NCBI GenBank assembly: GCA_043228905.1 | Contig: JBHGNT010000040.1 | Location: forward strand, 186,001-250,000 | Direction of reading: 5' to 3' | From: Azolla caroliniana | Taxonomy: Eukaryota; Plantae; Polypodiophyta | DNA: 64,000 nucleotides | In this document: piece after piece, positions 1 to 14,400 of the stretch | Numbering within the stretch: position 1 is the first letter of the stretch | How the letters are laid out: every line of letters starts with the position of its first letter | Notes under the pieces: generated by a model | Told to the model about the DNA's origin: nothing | The model's database searches: none | What the model saw: only the letters and a program-made list of their open reading frames with translations | Position numbers and translations under genes: made by a program

Positions 1-3000
1 TAAATTACTCAGGCGATCTTCTCAAATCCCTCCTCTGATTTACAAATTTCATCATGTCTCTCGACCTGAGTTTCGAAATCTTGATTTTCTAATTCCATAT
101 CATAGCTAGTGTTGTTAGCTTCGATTCGCATGTTTGAACACAACAATCTCATATCACACGACCCAGGTATGAACATTTTAATTTACTCACGTGCTCTTCT
201 CCACTCCCTCCTCAAATTTGGTAATTTCTTCATGTCTCTCGACCTGAGTTTCAAAATCTTGATTTTCTAATTCCATATCATAGCTAGTGTTGTTAGCTTC
301 GATTCGCATGTTTGAACACAGAATTCGGACATCACACGAGGCAGGTATGACAATTTTACTTTACTCAGGCGATCTTCTCAACTCCCTCCTCTGATTTACT
401 AATTTCATCATGTCTCGCGACCTGAGTTTCGAAATCTTGATTTTTTAATTCCATATCATAGCTAGTGTTGTTAGCTTCGATTCGCATGTGTGAACACAAC
501 AATCCGATATCACACGAGCCAGGTATGAACATTTTAATTTACTCACGCGCTCCTCTCAACTCCCTCCTCAAATTTGGTAATTTCTTCATGTCTCTCGACC
601 TGAGTTTCAAAATCTTGATTTTTTAATTTCATATCATAGCTAGTGTTGTTAGCTTCGATTCGCATGATGGAACACTAAAATCGGATATCACACGAGCCAG
701 GTATGAACATTTTAATTTACTCACTTGCTCTTCTCAACTCCCTCCTCAAATTTGCTAATTTCTTCATGTCTCTCGACCTGATTTCCAAATCTTGATTTTT
801 TAATTCCATATCATAGCTAGTGTTGTTAGCTTCGATTGGCATGTTTGAACACTAAAATCCGATATCACACAAGCCAGGTATGACAATTTTAATTTACTCA
901 CTTGCTCTTCACAACTCCCTCCTCTAATTTACTAATTTCTTGATGTCTCTCGACCTGAGTTTCAAAATCTTGATTTTTTAATTCCATATCATAGCTAGTG
1001 TTGTTAGCTTCGATTCGCATGTTTGAACACAGAAATCGGACATCACACGAGGCAGGTATGACAATTTTACTTTACTCAGGCGATCTTCTCAACTCCCTCC
1101 TTTGATTTACTAATTTCATCATGTCTCTCGACCTGAGTTTCACAATCTTGATTTTCTAATTCCATATCATAGCTAGTGTTGTTAGCTTCGATTCGCATGT
1201 TTAAACACTAAAATCAGATATCACTCGAGCCAGGTATGACAATTTTAATTTACTCACGCGCTCTTCTCAACTCCCTCCTCTAATTTACTAATTTCTTCAT
1301 GTCTCTCGACCTGAGGTTCAAAATCTTGATTTTTTAATTCCATATCATAGCTAGTGTTATTAGCTGCGATTCGCATGATTTGAACACTAAAATCCGATAT
1401 CACACGAGCCAGTTATGAACATTTTAATTTACTCACGCGCTATTCTCAACTCCCTCCTCAAATTTGGTAATTTCTTCATGTCTCTCGACCTGAGTTTCAA
1501 AAGCTTGATTTTTTAATTCCATATCATAGCTAGTGTTGTTAGCTTCGATTCGCATGTTTGAACACTAAAATCAGATATCACTCGAGCCAGGTATGAACAT
1601 TTGAATTTACTCACGCGCTCTTCTCAACTCCCTCCTCTAATTTGCTAATTTCTTCATGTCTCTCGACCTGAGTGTCAAAATCTTGATATTTTAATTCCAT
1701 ATCATAGCTAGTGTTGTTAGTTTCGATTCGCATCTTTGAACACTGAAATCCGATATCACTCGAGCCAGGTATGACAATTTTAATTTACTCACGCGCTATT
1801 CTCAACTCCCTCCTCAAATTTGGTAATTTCATCATGTCTCTCGACCTGAGTTTCAAAATCTTGATTTTTTAATTCCATATCATAGCTAGTGTTATTAGCT
1901 GCGATTCGCATGATTTGAACACTAAAATCCGATATCACACGAGCCAGTTATGAACATTTTAATTTACTCACGCGCTCTTCTCAACTCCCTCCTCAAATTT
2001 GGTAATTTCTTCATGTCTCTCGACCTGAGTTTCAAAATCTTGATTTTCTAATTCCAAATCATAGCTAGTGTTGTTAGCTTCGATTCGCATGTTTGAACAC
2101 TAAATTCCGATATCACACAAGCTAGGTATGACAATTTTAATTTACTCACGCGCTCTTCTCAACTCCCTCCTCTAATTTACTAATTTCTTCATGTCTCTCG
2201 ACCTGAGTTTCAAAATCTTGATTTTCTAATTCCATATCATAGCTAGTGTTGTTAGCTTCGATTCGCATGTTTGAACACTAAAATCCGATATCACACGAGC
2301 CAGTTATGAACATTTTAATTTACTCACGCGCTATTCTCAACTCCCTCCTCAAATTTGGTACTTTCTTCATGTCTCTCGACCTGAGTTTCAAAATCTTGAT
2401 TTTTTAATTCCATATCATAGCTAGTGTTGTTAGCTTCGATTCGCATGTTTGAACACAAAAATCGGATATCACACGAGCCAGGTATGACAATTTTAAATTA
2501 CTCAGGCGATCTTCTCAAATCCCTCCTCTGATTTACAAATTTCATCATGTCTCTCGACCTGAGTTTCGAAATCTTGATTTTCTAATTCCATATCATAGCT
2601 AGTGTTGTTAGCTTCGATTCGCATGTTTGAACACAACAATCTCATATCACACGACCCAGGTATGAACATTTTAATTTACTCACGTGCTCTTCTCCACTCC
2701 CTCCTCAAATTTGGTAATTTCTTCATGTCTCTCGACCTGAGTTTCAAAATCTTGATTTTCTAATTCCATATCATAGCTAGTGTTGTTAGCTTCGATTCGC
2801 ATGTTTGAACACAGAATTCGGACATCACACGAGGCAGGTATGACAATTTTACTTTACTCAGGCGATCTTCTCAACTCCCTCCTCTGATTTACTAATTTCA
2901 TCATGTCTCGCGACCTGAGTTTCGAAATCTTGATTTTTTAATTCCATATCATAGCTAGTGTTGTTAGCTTCGATTCGCATGTGTGAACACAACAATCCGA

Positions 3001-4469
3001 TATCACACGAGCCAGGTATGAACATTTTAATTTACTCACGCGCTCCTCTCAACTCCCTCCTCAAATTTGGTAATTTCTTCATGTCTCTCGACCTGAGTTT
3101 CAAAATCTTGATTTTTTAATTTCATATCATAGCTAGTGTTGTTAGCTTCGATTCGCATGATGGAACACTAAAATCGGATATCACACGAGCCAGGTATGAA
3201 CATTTTAATTTACTCACTTGCTCTTCTCAACTCCCTCCTCAAATTTGCTAATTTCTTCATGTCTCTCGACCTGATTTCCAAATCTTGATTTTTTAATTCC
3301 ATATCATAGCTAGTGTTGTTAGCTTCGATTGGCATGTTTGAACACTAAAATCCGATATCACACAAGCCAGGTATGACAATTTTAATTTACTCACTTGCTC
3401 TTCACAACTCCCTCCTCTAATTTACTAATTTCTTGATGTCTCTCGACCTGAGTTTCAAAATCTTGATTTTTTAATTCCATATCATAGCTAGTGTTGTTAG
3501 CTTCGATTCGCATGTTTGAACACAGAAATCGGACATCACACGAGGCAGGTATGACAATTTTACTTTACTCAGGCGATCTTCTCAACTCCCTCCTTTGATT
3601 TACTAATTTCATCATGTCTCTCGACCTGAGTTTCACAATCTTGATTTTCTAATTCCATATCATAGCTAGTGTTGTTAGCTTCGATTCGCATGTTTAAACA
3701 CTAAAATCAGATATCACTCGAGCCAGGTATGACAATTTTAATTTACTCACGCGCTCTTCTCAACTCCCTCCTCTAATTTACTAATTTCTTCATGTCTCTC
3801 GACCTGAGGTTCAAAATCTTGATTTTTTAATTCCATATCATAGCTAGTGTTATTAGCTGCGATTCGCATGATTTGAACACTAAAATCCGATATCACACGA
3901 GCCAGTTATGAACATTTTAATTTACTCACGCGCTATTCTCAACTCCCTCCTCAAATTTGGTAATTTCTTCATGTCTCTCGACCTGAGTTTCAAAAGCTTG
4001 ATTTTTTAATTCCATATCATAGCTAGTGTTGTTAGCTTCGATTCGCATGTTTGAACACTAAAATCAGATATCACTCGAGCCAGGTATGAACATTTGAATT
4101 TACTCACGCGCTCTTCTCAACTCCCTCCTCTAATTTGCTAATTTCTTCATGTCTCTCGACCTGAGTGTCAAAATCTTGATATTTTAATTCCATATCATAG
4201 CTAGTGTTGTTAGTTTCGATTCGCATCTTTGAACACTGAAATCCGATATCACTCGAGCCAGGTATGACAATTTTAATTTACTCACGCGCTATTCTCAACT
4301 CCCTCCTCAAATTTGGTAATTTCATCATGTCTCTCGACCTGAGTCTCAAAATCTTGATTTTTTAATTCCATATCATAGCTAGTGTTATTAGCTGCGATTC
4401 GCATGATTTGAACACTAAAATCCGATATCACACGAGCCAGTTATGAACATTTTAATTTACTCACGCGCT
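1..4469. repeat. 14-monomer higher-order repeat, period 2493 bp, about 1.8 copies
   Basis: The rare variant TAAATTACTCAGGCGATCTTCTCAAATCCC occurs at 1 and 2494. The 1-bp-deletion variant ATTTCCAAAT occurs at 781 and 3274, and AAGCTT at 1501 and 3994. All three are offset by 2493 (14x178 +2 -1). Confidence 0.93.
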
Positions 4470-5949
4470 ATTCTCAACTCCCTCCTCAAATTTGGTAATT
4501 TCTTCATGTCTCTCGACCTGAGTTTCACAATCTTGATTTTCTAATTCCATATCATAGCTAGTGTTGTTAGCTTCGATTCGCATGTTTAAACACTAAAATC
4601 AGATATCACTCGAGCCAGGTATGACAATTTTAATTTACTCACGCGCTCTTCTCAACTCCCTCCTCTAATTTACTAATTTCTTCATGTCTCTCGACCTGAG
4701 GTTCAAAATCTTGATTTTTTAATTCCATATCATAGCTAGTGTTATTAGCTGCGATTCGCATGATTTGAACACTAAAATCCGATATCACACGAGCCAGTTA
4801 TGAACATTTTAATTTACTCACGCGCTATTCTCAACTCCCTCCTCAAATTTGGTAATTTCTTCATGTCTCTCGACCTGAGTGTCAAAATCTTGATATTTTA
4901 ATTCCATATCATAGCTAGTGTTGTTAGTTTCGATTCGCATCTTTGAACACTGAAATCCGATATCACTCGAGCCAGGTATGACAATTTTAATTTACTCACG
5001 CGCTATTCTCAACTCCCTCCTCAAATTTGGTAATTTCATCATGTCTCTCGACCTGAGTTTCAAAATCTTGATTTTTTAATTCCAAATCATAGCTAGTGTT
5101 GTTAGCTTCGATTCTCATGTTTGAACACTAAAATCAGATATCACTCGAGCCAAGTATGACAATTTTAATTTACTGACGCGCTCTTCTCAACTCCCTCCTC
5201 TAATTTACTAATTTCTTCATGTCTCTCGACCTGAGTTTCAAAATCTTGATTTTTTAATTTCATATCATAGCTAGTGTTATTAGCTGCGATTCGCATGATT
5301 TGAACACTAAAATCCGATATCACACGAGCCAGTTATGAACATTTTAATTTACTCACGCGCTCTTCTCAACTCCCTCCTCAAATTTGGTAATTTCTTCATG
5401 TCTCTCGACCTGAGTTTCAAAATCTTGATTTTCTAATTCCAAATCATAGCTAGTGTTGTTAGCTTCGATTCGCATGTTTGAACACTAAATTCCGATATCA
5501 CACAAGCTAGGTATGACAATTTTAATTTACTCACGCGCTCTTCTCAACTCCCTCCTCTAATTTACTAATTTCTTCATGTCTCTCGACCTGAGTTTCAAAA
5601 TCTTGATTTTCTAATTCCATATCATAGCTAGTGTTGTTAGCTTCGATTCGCATGTTTGAACACTAAAATCCGATATCACACGAGCCAGTTATGAACATTT
5701 TAATTTACTCACGCGCTATTCTCAACTCCCTCCTCAAATTTGGTACTTTCTTCATGTCTCTCGACCTGAGTTTCAAAATCTTGATTTTTTAATTCCATAT
5801 CATAGCTAGTGTTGTTAGCTTCGATTCGCATGTTTGAACACAAAAATCGGATATCACACGAGCCAGGTATGACAATTTTAAATTACTCAGGCGATCTTCT
5901 CAAATCCCTCCTCTGATTTACAAATTTCATCATGTCTCTCGACCTGAGT

Positions 5950-8900
5950 TTCGAAATCTTGATTTTCTAATTCCATATCATAGCTAGTGTTGTTAGCTTC
6001 GATTCGCATGTTTGAACACAACAATCTCATATCACACGACCCAGGTATGAACATTTTAATTTACTCACGTGCTCTTCTCCACTCCCTCCTCAAATTTGGT
6101 AATTTCTTCATGTCTCTCGACCTGAGTTTCAAAATCTTGATTTTCTAATTCCAAATCATAGCTAGTGTTGTTAGCTTCGATTCGTATGTTTGAACACTAA
6201 ATTCCGATATCACACAAGCTAGGTATGACAATTTTAATTTACTCACGCGCTCTTCTCAACTCCCTCCTCTAATTTACTAATTTCTTCATGTCTCTCGACC
6301 TGAGTTTCAAAATCTTGATTTTTTAATTCCATATCATAGTTAGTGTTATTAGCTTCGATTCGCATGATTTGAACACTAAAATCCGATATCACACGAGCCA
6401 GTTATGAACATTTTAATTTACTCACGCGCTATTCTCAACTCCCTCCTCAAATTTGGTAATTTCTTCATGTCTCTCGACCTGAGTTTCAAAATCTTGATTT
6501 TTTAATTCCATATCATAGCTAGTGTTATTAGCTGCGATTCGCATGATTTGAACACTAAAATCCGATATCACACGAGCCAGTTATGAACATTTTAATTTAC
6601 TCACGCGCTCTTCTCAACTCCCTCCTCAAATTTGGTAATTTCTTCATGTCTCTCGACCTGAGTTTCAAAATCTTGATTTTCTAATTCCAAATCATAGCTA
6701 GTGTTGTTAGCTTCGATTCGCATGTTTGAACACTAAATTCCGATATCACACAAGCTAGGTATGACAATTTTAATTTACTCACGCGCTCTTCTCAACTCCC
6801 TCCTCTAATTTACTAATTTCTTCATGTCTCTCGACCTGAGTTTCAAAATCTTGATTTTTTAATTCCATATCATAGCTAGTGTTATTAGCTTCGATTCGCA
6901 TGATTTGAACACTAAAATCCGATATCACACGAGCCAGTTATGAACATTTTAATTTACTCACGCGCTCTTCTCAACTCCCTCCTCAAATTTGGTAATTTCT
7001 TCATGTCTCTCGACCTGAGTTTCAAAATCTTGATTTTTTAATTCCATATCATAGCTAGTGTTGTTAGCTTCGATTCGCATGTTTGAACACAGAAATCGGA
7101 CATCACACGAGGCAGGTATGACAATTTTAATTTACTCAGGTGATCTTCTCAACTCCCTCCTCTGATTTACTAATTTCATCATGTCTCTCGACCTGAGTTT
7201 CAAAATCTTGATTTTCTAATTCCATAGCATAGCTAGTGTTGTTAGCTTCGATTCGCAGGTTTAAACACTAAAATCAGATATCACTCGAGCCAGGTATGAC
7301 AATTTTAATTTACTCACGCGCTCTTCTCAACTCCCTCCTCTAATTTACTAATTTCTTCATGTCTCTCGACTTGAGTTTCCAAATCTTGATTTTTTAATTC
7401 CATATCATAGCTAGTGTTATTAGCTGCGATTCGCATGATTTGAACACTAAAATCCGATATCACACGAGCCAGTTATGAACATTTTAATTTACTCACGCGC
7501 TCTTCTCAACTCCCTCCTCAAATTTGGTAATTTCTTCATGTCTCTCGACCTGAGTTTCAAAATCTTGATTTTCTATTTCCATATCATAGCTAGTGTTGTT
7601 AGCTTCGATTCGCATGTTTGAACACTAAAATCAGATATCACTCGAGCCAGGTATGACAATTTTAATTTACTCACGCGCTCTTCTCAACTCCCTCCTCTAA
7701 TTTACTAATTTCTTCATGTCTCTCGACCTGAGTTTCAAAATCTTGATTTTTTAATTCCATATCATAGCTAGTGTTATTAGCTGCGATTCGCATGATTTGA
7801 ACACTAAAATCCGATATCACACGAGCCAGTTATGAACATTTTAATTTACTCACGCGCTCTTCTCAACTCCCTCCTCAAATTTGGTAATTTCTTCATGTCT
7901 CTCGACCTGAGTTTCAAAATCTTGATTTTCTAATTCCATATCATAGCTAGTGTTGTTAGCTTCGATTCGCATGTTTGAACACAACAATCTCATATCACAC
8001 GACCCAGGTATGAACATTTTAATTTACTCACGTGCTCTTCTCCACTCCCTCCTCAAATTTGGTAATTTCTTCATGTCTCTCGACCTGAGTTTCAAAATCT
8101 TGATTTTCTAATTCCAAATCATAGCTAGTGTTGTTAGCTTCGATTCGCATGTTTGAACACTAAATTCCGATATCACACAAGCTAGGTATGACAATTTTAA
8201 TTTACTCACGCGCTCTTCTCAACTCCCTCCTCTAATTTACTAATTTCTTCATGTCTCTCGACCTGAGTTTCAAAATCTTGATTTTTTAATTCCATATCAT
8301 AGCTAGTGTTATTAGCTTCGATTCGCATGATTTGAACACTAAAATCCGATATCACACGAGCCAGTTATGAACATTTTAATTTACTCACGCGCTATTCTCA
8401 ACTCCCTCCTCAAATTTGGTAATTTCTTCATGTCTCTCGACCTGAGTTTCAAAATCTTGATTTTTTAATTCCATATCATAGCTAGTGTTATTAGCTTCGA
8501 TTCGCATGTTTGAACACAAAAATCGGATATCACACGAGCCAGGTATGACAATTTTAATTTACTCAGGCGATCTTCTCAACTCCCTCCTCGGATTTACTAA
8601 TTTCATCATGTCTCTCGACCTGAGTTTCAAAATCTTGATTTTCTAATTCCATATCATAGCTAGTGTTGTTAGCTTCGATTCGCATGTTTAAACACTAAAA
8701 TCAGATATCACTCGAGCCAGGTATGACAATTTTAATTTACTCACGCGCTCTTCTCAACTCCCTCCTCTAATTTACTAATTTCATCATGTCTCTCGACCTG
8801 AGTTTCAAAATCTTGATTTTCTAATTCCATAGCATAGCTAGTGTTGTTAGCTTCGATTCGCAGGTTTAAACACTAAAATCAGATATCACTCGAGCCAGGT

Positions 8901-11900
8901 ATGACAATTTTAATTTACTCACGCGCTCTTCTCAACTCCCTCCTCTAATTTACTAATTTCTTCATGTCTCTCGACCTGAGTTTCAAAATCTTGATTTTTT
9001 AATTCCATATCATAGCTAGTGTTATTAGCTGCGATTCGCATGATTTGAACACTAAAATCCGATATCACACGAGCCAGTTATGAACATTTTAATTTACTCA
9101 CGCGCTCTTCTCAACTCCCTCCTCAAATTTGGTAATTTCTTCATGTCTCTCGACCTGAGTTTCAAAATCTTGATTTTCTATTTCCATATCATAGCTAGTG
9201 TTGTTAGCTTCGATTCGCATGTTTGAACACTAAAATCAGATATCACTCGAGCCAGGTATGACAATTTTAATTTACTCACGCGCTCTTCTCAACTCCCTCC
9301 TCTAATTTACTAATTTCTTCATGTCTCTCGACTTGAGTTTCAAAATCTTGATTTTTTAATTCCATATCATAGCTAGTGTTATTAGCTGCGATTCGCATGA
9401 TTTGAACACTAAAATCCGATATCACACGAGCCAGTTATGAACATTTTAATTTACTCACGCGCTCTTCTCAACTCCCTCCTCAAATTTGGTAATTTCTTCA
9501 TGTCTCTCGACCTGAGTTTCAAAATCTTGATTTTCTAATTCCATATCATAGCTAGTGTTGTTAGCTGCGATTCGCATGATTTGAACACTAAAATCCGATA
9601 TCACACGAGCCAGTTATGAACATTTTAATTTACTCACGCGCTCTTCTCAACTCCCTCCTCAAATTTGGTAATTTCTTCATGTCTCTCGACCTGAGTTTCA
9701 AAATCTTGATTTTCTAATTCCATATCATAGCTAGTGTTGTTAGCTTCGATTCGCATGTTTGAACACAAGAATCTCATATCACACGACCCAGGTATGAACA
9801 TTTTAATTTACTCACGTGCTCTTCTCCACTCCCTCCTCAAATTTGGTAATTTCTTCATGTCTCTCGACCTGAGTTTCAAAATCTTGATTTTCTAATTCCA
9901 AATCATAGTTAGTGTTATTAGCTTCGATTCGCATGATTTGAACACTAAAATCCGATATCACACGAGCCAGTTATGAACATTTTAATTTACTCACGCGCTA
10001 TTCTCAACTCCCTCCTCAAATTTGGTAATTTCTTCATGTCTCTCGACCTGAGTTTCAAAATCTTGATTTTTTAATTCCATATCATAGCTAGTGTTATTAG
10101 CTGCGATTCGCATGATTTGAACACTAAAATCCGATATCACACGAGCCAGTTATGAACATTTTAATTTACTCACGCGCTCTTCTCAACTCCCTCCTCAAAT
10201 TTGGTAATTTCTTCATGTCTCTCGACCTGAGTTTCAAAATCTTGATTTTTTAATTCCATATCATAGCTAGTGTTGTTAGCTTCGATTCGCATGTTTGAAC
10301 ACAGAAATCGGACATCACACGAGGCAGGTATGACAATTTTAATTTACTCAGGTGATCTTCTCAACTCCCTCCTCTGATTTACTAATTTCATCATGTCTCT
10401 CGACCTGAGTTTCAAAATCTTGATTTTCTAATTCCATAGCATAGCTAGTGTTGTTAGCTTCGATTCGCATGTTTAAACACTAAAATCAGATATCACTCGA
10501 GCCAGGTATGACAATTTCAATTTACTCACGCGCTCTTCTCAACTCCCTCCTCTAATTTACTAATTTCTTCATGTCTCTCGACCTGAGTTTCAAAATCTTG
10601 ATTTTTTAATTCCATATCATAGCTAGTGTTATTAGCTGCGATTCGCATGATTTGAACACTAAAATCCGATATCACACGAGCCAGTTATGAACATTTTAAT
10701 TTACTCACGCGCTCTTCTCAACTCCCTCCTCAAATTTGGTAATTTCTTCATGTCTCTCGACCTGAGTTTCAAAATCTTGATTTTCTAATTCCAAATCATA
10801 GCTAGTGTTGTTAGCTTCGATTCGCATGTTTGAACACTAAATTCCGATATCACACAAGCTAGGTATGACAATTTTAATTTACTCACGCGCTCTTCTCAAC
10901 TCCCTCCTCTAATTTACTAATTTCTTCATGTCTCTCGACCTGAGTTTCAAAATCTTGATTTTCTAATTACATATCATAGCTAGTGTTGTTAGCTTCGATT
11001 CGCATGTTTGAACACTAAAATCCGATATCACACGAGCTAGTTATGAACATTTTAATTTACTCACGCGCTATTCTCAACTCCCTCCTCAAATTTGGTACTT
11101 TCTTCATGTCTCTCGACCTGAGTTTCAAAATCTTGATTTTTTAATTCCATATCATAGCTAGTGTTGTTAGCTTCGATTCGCATGTTTGAACACAAAAATC
11201 GGATATCACACGAGCCAGGTATGACAATTTTAAATTACTCAGGCGATCTTCTCAACTCCCTCCTCTGATTTACAAATTTCATCATGTCTCTCGACCTGAG
11301 TTTCAAAATCTTGATTTTCTAATTCCATATCATAGCTAGTGTTGTTAGCTTCGATTCGCATGTTTGAACACAACAATCTCATATCACACGACCCAGGTAT
11401 GAACATTTTAATTTACTCACGTGCTCTTCTCCACTCCCTCCTCAAATTTGGTAATTTCTTCATGTCTCTCGACCTGAGTTTCAAAATCTTGATTTTCTAA
11501 TTCCAAATCATAGCTAGTGTTGTTAGCTTCGATTCGCATGTTTGAACACTAAATTCCGATATCACACAAGCTAGGTATGACAATTTTAATTTACTCACGC
11601 GCTCTTCTCAACTCCCTCCTCTAATTTACTAATTTCTTCATGTCTCTCGACCTGAGTTTCAAAATCTTGATTTTTTAATTCCATATCATAGTTAGTGTTA
11701 TTAGCTTCGATTCGCATGATTTGAACACTAAAATCCGATATCACACGAGCCAGTTATGAACATTTTAATTTACTCACGCGCTATTCTCAACTCCCTCCTC
11801 AAATTTGGTAATTTCTTCATGTCTCTTGACCTGAGTTTCAAAATCTTGATTTTTTAATTCCATATCATAGCTAGTGTTATTAGCTGCGATTCGCATGATT

Positions 11901-14400
11901 TGAACACTAAAATCCGATATCACACGAGCCAGTTATGAACATTTTAATTTACTCACGCGCTCTTCTCAACTCCCTCCTCAAATTTGGTAATTTCTTCATG
12001 TCTCTCGACCTGAGTTTCAAAATCTTGATTTTCTAATTCCAAATCATAGCTAGTGTTGTTAGCTTCGATTCGCATGTTTGAACACTAAATTCCGATATCA
12101 CACAAGCTAGGTATGACAATTTTAATTTACTCACGCGCTCTTCTCAACTCCCTCCTCTAATTTACTAATTTCTTCATGTCTCTCGACCTGAGTTTCAAAA
12201 TCTTGATTTTTTAATTCCATATCATAGCTAGTGTTATTAGCTTCGATTCGCATGATTTGAACACTAAAATCCGATATCACACGAGCCAGTTATGAACATT
12301 TTAATTTACTCACGCGCTCTTCTCAACTCCCTCCTCAAATTTGGTAATTTCTTCATGTCTCTCGACCTGAGTTTCAAAATCTTGATTTTTTAATTCCATA
12401 TCATAGCTAGTGTTGTTAGCTTCGATTCGCATGTTTGAACACAGAAATCGGACATCACACGAGGCAGGTATGACAATTTTAATTTACTCAGGTGATCTTC
12501 TCAACTCCCTCCTCTGATTTACTAATTTCATCATGTCTCTCGACCTGAGTTTCAAAATCTTGATTTTCTAATTCCATAGCATAGCTAGTGTTGTTAGCTT
12601 CGATTCGCAGGTTTAAACACTAAAATCAGATATCACTCGAGCCAGGTATGACAATTTTAATTTACTCACGCGCTCTTCTCAACTCCCTCCTCTAATTTAC
12701 TAATTTCTTCATGTCTCTCGACCTGAGTTTCAAAATCTTGATTTTTTAATTCCATATCATAGCTAGTGTTATTAGCTGCGATTCGCATGATTTGAACACT
12801 AAAATCCGATATCACACGAGCCAGTTATGAACATTTTAATTTACTCACGCGCTCTTCTCAACTCCCTCCTCAAATTTGGTAATTTCTTCATGTCTCTCGA
12901 CCTGAGTTTCAAAATCTTGATTTTCTATTTCCATATCATAGCTAGTGTTGTTAGCTTCGATTCGCATGTTTGAACACTAAAATCAGATATCACTCGAGCC
13001 AGGTATGACAATTTTAATTTACTCACGCGCTCTTCTCAACTCCCTCCTCTAATTTACTAATTTCTTCATGTCTCTCGACCTGAGTTTCAAAATCTTGATT
13101 TTTTAATTCCATATCATAGCTAGTGTTATTAGCTGCGATTCGCATGATTTGAACACTAAAATCCGATATCACACGAGCCAGTTATGAACATTTTAATTTA
13201 CTCACGCGCTCTTCTCAACTCCCTCCTCAAATTTGGTAATTTCTTCATGTCTCTCGACCTGAGTTTCAAAATCTTGATTTTCTATTTCCATATCATAGCT
13301 AGTGTTGTTAGCTTCGATTCGCATGTTTGAACACTAAAATCAGATATCACTCGAGCCAGGTATGACAATTTTAATTTACTCACACGCTCTTCTCAACTCC
13401 CTCCTCTAATTTACTAATTTCTTCATGTCTCTCGACCTGAGTTTCAAAATCTTGATTTTTTAATTCCATATCATAGCTAGTGTTATTAGCTGCGATTCGC
13501 ATGATTTGAACACTAAAATCCGATATCACACGAGCCAGTTATGAACATTTTAATTTACTCACGCGCTCTTCTCAACTCCCTCCTCAAATTTGGTAATTTC
13601 TTCATGTCTCTCGACCTGAGTTTCAAAATCTTGATTTTCTAATTCCATATCATAGCTAGTGTTGTTAGCTTCGATTCGCATGTTTGAACACAACAATCTC
13701 ATATCACACGACCCAGGTATGAACATTTTAATTTACTCACGTGCTCTTCTCCACTCCCTCCTCAAATTTGGTAATTTCTTCATGTCTCTCGACCTGAGTT
13801 TCAAAATCTTGATTTTCTAATTCCAAATCATAGCTAGTGTTGTTAGCTTCGATTCGCATGTTTGAACACTAAATTCCGATATCACACAAGCTAGGTATGA
13901 CAATTTTAATTTACTCACGCGCTCTTCTCAACTCCCTCCTCTAATTTACTAATTTCTTCATGTCTCTCGACCTGAGTTTCAAAATCTTGATTTTTTAATT
14001 CCATATCATAGCTAGTGTTATTAGCTTCGATTCGCATGATTTGAACACTAAAATCCGATATCACACGAGCCAGTTATGAACATTTTAATTTACTCACGCG
14101 CTATTCTCAACTCCCTCCTCAAATTTGGTAATTTCTTCATGTCTCTCGACCTGAGTTTCAAAATCTTGATTTTTTAATTCCATATCATAGCTAGTGTTAT
14201 TAGCTTCGATTCGCATGTTTGAACACAAAAATCGGATATCACACGAGCCAGGTATGACAATTTTAATTTACTCAGGCGATCTTCTCAACTCCCTCCTCGG
14301 ATTTACTAATTTCATCATGTCTCTCGACCTGAGTTTCAAAATCTTGATTTTCTAATTCCATATCATAGCTAGTGTTGTTAGCTTCGATTCGCATGTTTGA
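5950..14400. repeat. About 30-monomer block duplication (offset 5352 bp, rising to 5709 bp after gain of one 357-bp dimer)
   Basis: CATAGTTAGTG variant base at 6340 and 11692, and AGAAATCGGACATC at 7091 and 12443 (offset 5352). CTCGGATTT variant G at 8590 and 14299 (offset 5709 = 5352+357). Confidence 0.8.

Noticed and set aside
1180-1215. Possible CENP-B box around TTCGATTCGCATG
   Set aside because: TTCG is present, but the required TTCGnnnnAnnCGGG pattern is not.
1261-1281. Pyrimidine tract CTCTTCTCAACTCCCTCCTC (GAGGAGGGAG on the minus strand) as a Shine-Dalgarno site, G-quadruplex or triplex element
   Set aside because: The context is non-genic. There are too few G-runs for a canonical G4, and the tract is short and interrupted by AA.
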